From assembly GCA_951406725.2 (NCBI GenBank), contig OX597817.1, positions 130,758,001-130,822,000 of the forward strand: DNA of 64,000 bases. The letters run 5' to 3'. The stretch is from Octopus vulgaris. Taxonomy: Eukaryota. Shown piece by piece: positions 61,111 to 64,000 of this stretch; within the stretch, counting starts at the first letter, position 1, and each line of letters opens with the position of its first letter. The notes under the pieces are model-generated. The model saw only the letters and a list, made by a program, of their open reading frames with translations. It was not told the origin of the DNA and did no database searches. The position numbers and the translations under genes were made by a program.

Positions 61111-62035
61111 CTGATACTCATACCCGGAATTTGGAAAAATCTCTGCTCCAAATTAATTGACAATTTTCAAGGATTTGATGGTCTTCATGAATGTATGTAT
61201 GTATAATAGTTAAGAAGGCAAGAAGACAGGTGTATAATACATACAGAGAATAAGTGACGAGAGCAGACCAAGAACCTAAAATTGATTGTCAAATGAAAGG
61301 ATACATAATCTGTGCAAATAAAAGTTGAATATAGGTAATGTATCAGCTGAACTAATGAAAATATACTAAAATAGATGTTCTGATAGCTGCTTAGGTATCA
61401 AACCGTTTATATTAATAATAAAGTGAACATAAAATGAAATAAATTCAGTAGAAAAAAATCCCCAAAAGACTGCTGTATGGACTTTCGTAGTGATACCTCA
61501 TAGACAGGTAAAAACCCTGATTTTTATGAACATGGTATAAATGATTCTGTATCTTTGCAGTGACACATAATTGGAAGATCTTGGTGGGTGTAGCACCTAC
61601 TTTGGGGCTGAAATCCATACCAAACACACACACTGAATGCCATAACACCTGCGAACAGGTGAGGTCATCAACATCCCCTTGTCGGCTTGGCAGATGGTCA
61701 ACAGCGACGCCTGCTGGACTCGGCTACTCCACATTGATAAGGTGGAAATACTCCGAAACCGGTCTGTGGTTGCAAAGCCAGCAAGCGAAAGGTGATGACC
61801 TGTCTGTTGGAAGGTGTTATGGACGCAGAAATGTGGGGCAAAAAGAAAAACTTTCTTTGCTAATGTGCTGAAAAATAGACGCTAAATCGTCTAACCACAT
61901 ATTTTTAGTTTTATTATTACACCACATGTCGAAACGAGGAGAGCAAGCTAACAGAAATTCATAAAATATAGTTATCCCCGTATCTGTTCCGATTTCTGGA
62001 TTAATCCGAAAAGGATTCTTCCTTCATCAACGAGG

Positions 62036-62092
<57 letters not shown>

Positions 62093-62490
62093 GACAGTAT
62101 ACATGAATGTATAGATAGATAACTTGATGGATTTGTGTGAATGCATACGTACTTGGGTTTCTGCTAAGATTTCAACTGAGATTTAGAATTGTCAAAAAAA
62201 TTGAAACGAAATAGTGAGTCACCATTTGAATGAATGTTTCATTGTGCAAGAAATAGGATTTAAGTAATTAACTGTGTATATGTGTATGTATGCATATAAA
62301 TATGAGTATTTGATTCTGCATATGTGAATGTATATAATTCTATATGTAAATAATGAGACATTTAAGGTGTGTTATTATACATGAATGCATATTTGTAACA
62401 AAATAGAATATCAGATCCGGGTTTTCTTTTGTGAGAAATTTTACCAGATATACATACATACATACATATTTTTATGCATATATAAATATA

Positions 62491-62725
62491 TATCTATTTC
62501 TTTACTACCCACAAGGGGCTAAACACAGAGGGGACAAACAAGGACAGACAAACGGATTAAGTCGATTATATCGACCCAAGTGCGTAACTGGTACTTATTT
62601 AATCGACCCCGAAAGGATGAAAGGCAAAGTCGACCTCAGCGGAATTTGAACTCAGAACGTAGCGGCAGACGAAATACGGCTACGCATTTCGCCCGGCGTG
62701 CTAACGATTCTGCCAGCTCGCCGCC
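62491..62725 (-). mobile_element. tRNA-derived SINE with Meta-like domain
   Basis: Reverse complement of 45444-45673. Confidence 0.88.
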
Positions 62726-63658
62726 TATATCGTGGTTTCGATTCCCGGATCGGGTGCTATGTGGTGTTCTTGAGCAAAAATGCTTCATTTTGCGTTGTTC
62801 TGCAATTATATCGTCCTGTGGTATGTGACACATCGTTCACCTGTAAAGGTAATGCAGATTCGATTGAGGGAGTGAGTTTAACTGAACACAAATATTTGAT
62901 CACTATAAACATATCATCTGTATGGTTGTTCACCAAGAAATTGCAGAAGCTTTATACGAAGTCTAACGAGGGGCGAGTCCATGTTGATATATATACACAC
63001 ATGTAAGAGTCTGGATACAAATATTTCTTGAGCCGTATGACTCATCAGACCGATCTCCTGTTTCCTTGGCACGCAAATGACTAAGGACATAACATAACCC
63101 TAAATGTCATTCTGTTCCGTTGTAGGGTTTAAATCCAGCAATTTTGAGGAAAGTGTACAAGATTCTTGCCTCAAACTTTGCACTTGACTGGTAATACGTT
63201 TTATCGGCACAAAAAATAAAATTGAAAGTCAACCGTGAGAAGATTTGAGCTCAGAACGTAAAGGGTTTGGGGAAAAATACTATGAAACATTTTACCAGCA
63301 TTTTAATTTTTTCAGTTTACCGAACTTGGATACGGGAAAATTTTACAACCTTCGACGTCAAGTAACCACTATTGTTCCTGAAAGTTGTATTTTATACATT
63401 CTACGGATTGCTCGAAGCTTACTATTTTCCTACACCTTGATACTTGGATCTTACATATTACGGTATATATATGTATATATATATATGTGTGTGTGTTTGT
63501 GTATATGTATGTATATATTCCACCAGAACATCTGATGAAACTTGGAAAGTTGTGATAACAAGAGAAAAGATGAGGACACCTGTCCGTCCATGGTAAATAA
63601 TTTTCTTCTCTAATATTTAACTTTATATGTAAAGCGACAACGTAACTTAACTTAGATG

Positions 63659-63670
63659 AGAGAGAGAGAG

Positions 63671-63719
<49 letters not shown>

Positions 63720-63880
63720 GAGAGAGAGAGAGAGAGGTAGAGAGAGAGAGAGAGATGAAGATATAAAGAGAGAGTTGTAGAATATTGTATATATATATAG
63801 AGAGAATGACAGAGATAGAATAAAGCCAACAGAAAGGGAGAGAGAGAAAGATAGAATAAGAGAGAGAAAGGGAGAGAGTA
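63659..63880. repeat. (GA)n microsatellite and purine-rich tract
   Basis: Direct inspection. Confidence 0.9.
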
Positions 63881-64000
63881 AAACATACATAATTTTAGTA
63901 TACCTGTTTATAAAACACCTGTATCTTTCTGATCAATCTGTGTTTCTTTTCTTTTTACCCTTTCTCATTCACTGTCTCTTCCAGCAAAGAAAAACATTAT

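Noticed and set aside
63532-63560. ctgatga followed by a hairpin (aact..agtt)
   Set aside because: No GAAA, stem III or stem I pairing follows, so not called a hammerhead.

Overview
Repeat-saturated, AT-rich animal genomic DNA. The SINE families and microsatellite load suggest a cephalopod, probably Octopus (inference). No intact host gene is visible. The window holds four Tx1-clade (L1-like) non-LTR retrotransposons, one full-length with a 17-bp TSD, plus relics of RTE, CR1-like, R2/HERO-like, R4/Dong-like, Penelope, Gypsy, mariner, hAT and Helitron elements, many tRNA-derived SINEs and a decayed NHL/beta-propeller gene. It also has about ten type I hammerhead ribozyme (HHR) motifs in short retrozyme/Penelope-like repeats, including a 397-bp tandem trimer. 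Main observation: all three Tx1 copies whose downstream flank is visible sit, in the same orientation, in divergent members of one ~360-390-nt HHR-bearing repeat family. In the two copies with intact 3' ends the junction lies 33-34 nt upstream of the ribozyme core. This suggests a hammerhead/retrozyme-targeting Tx1 lineage that may use the host ribozyme to form its RNA 3' end. All alignments and folds were done by eye and coordinates of decayed relics are approximate.
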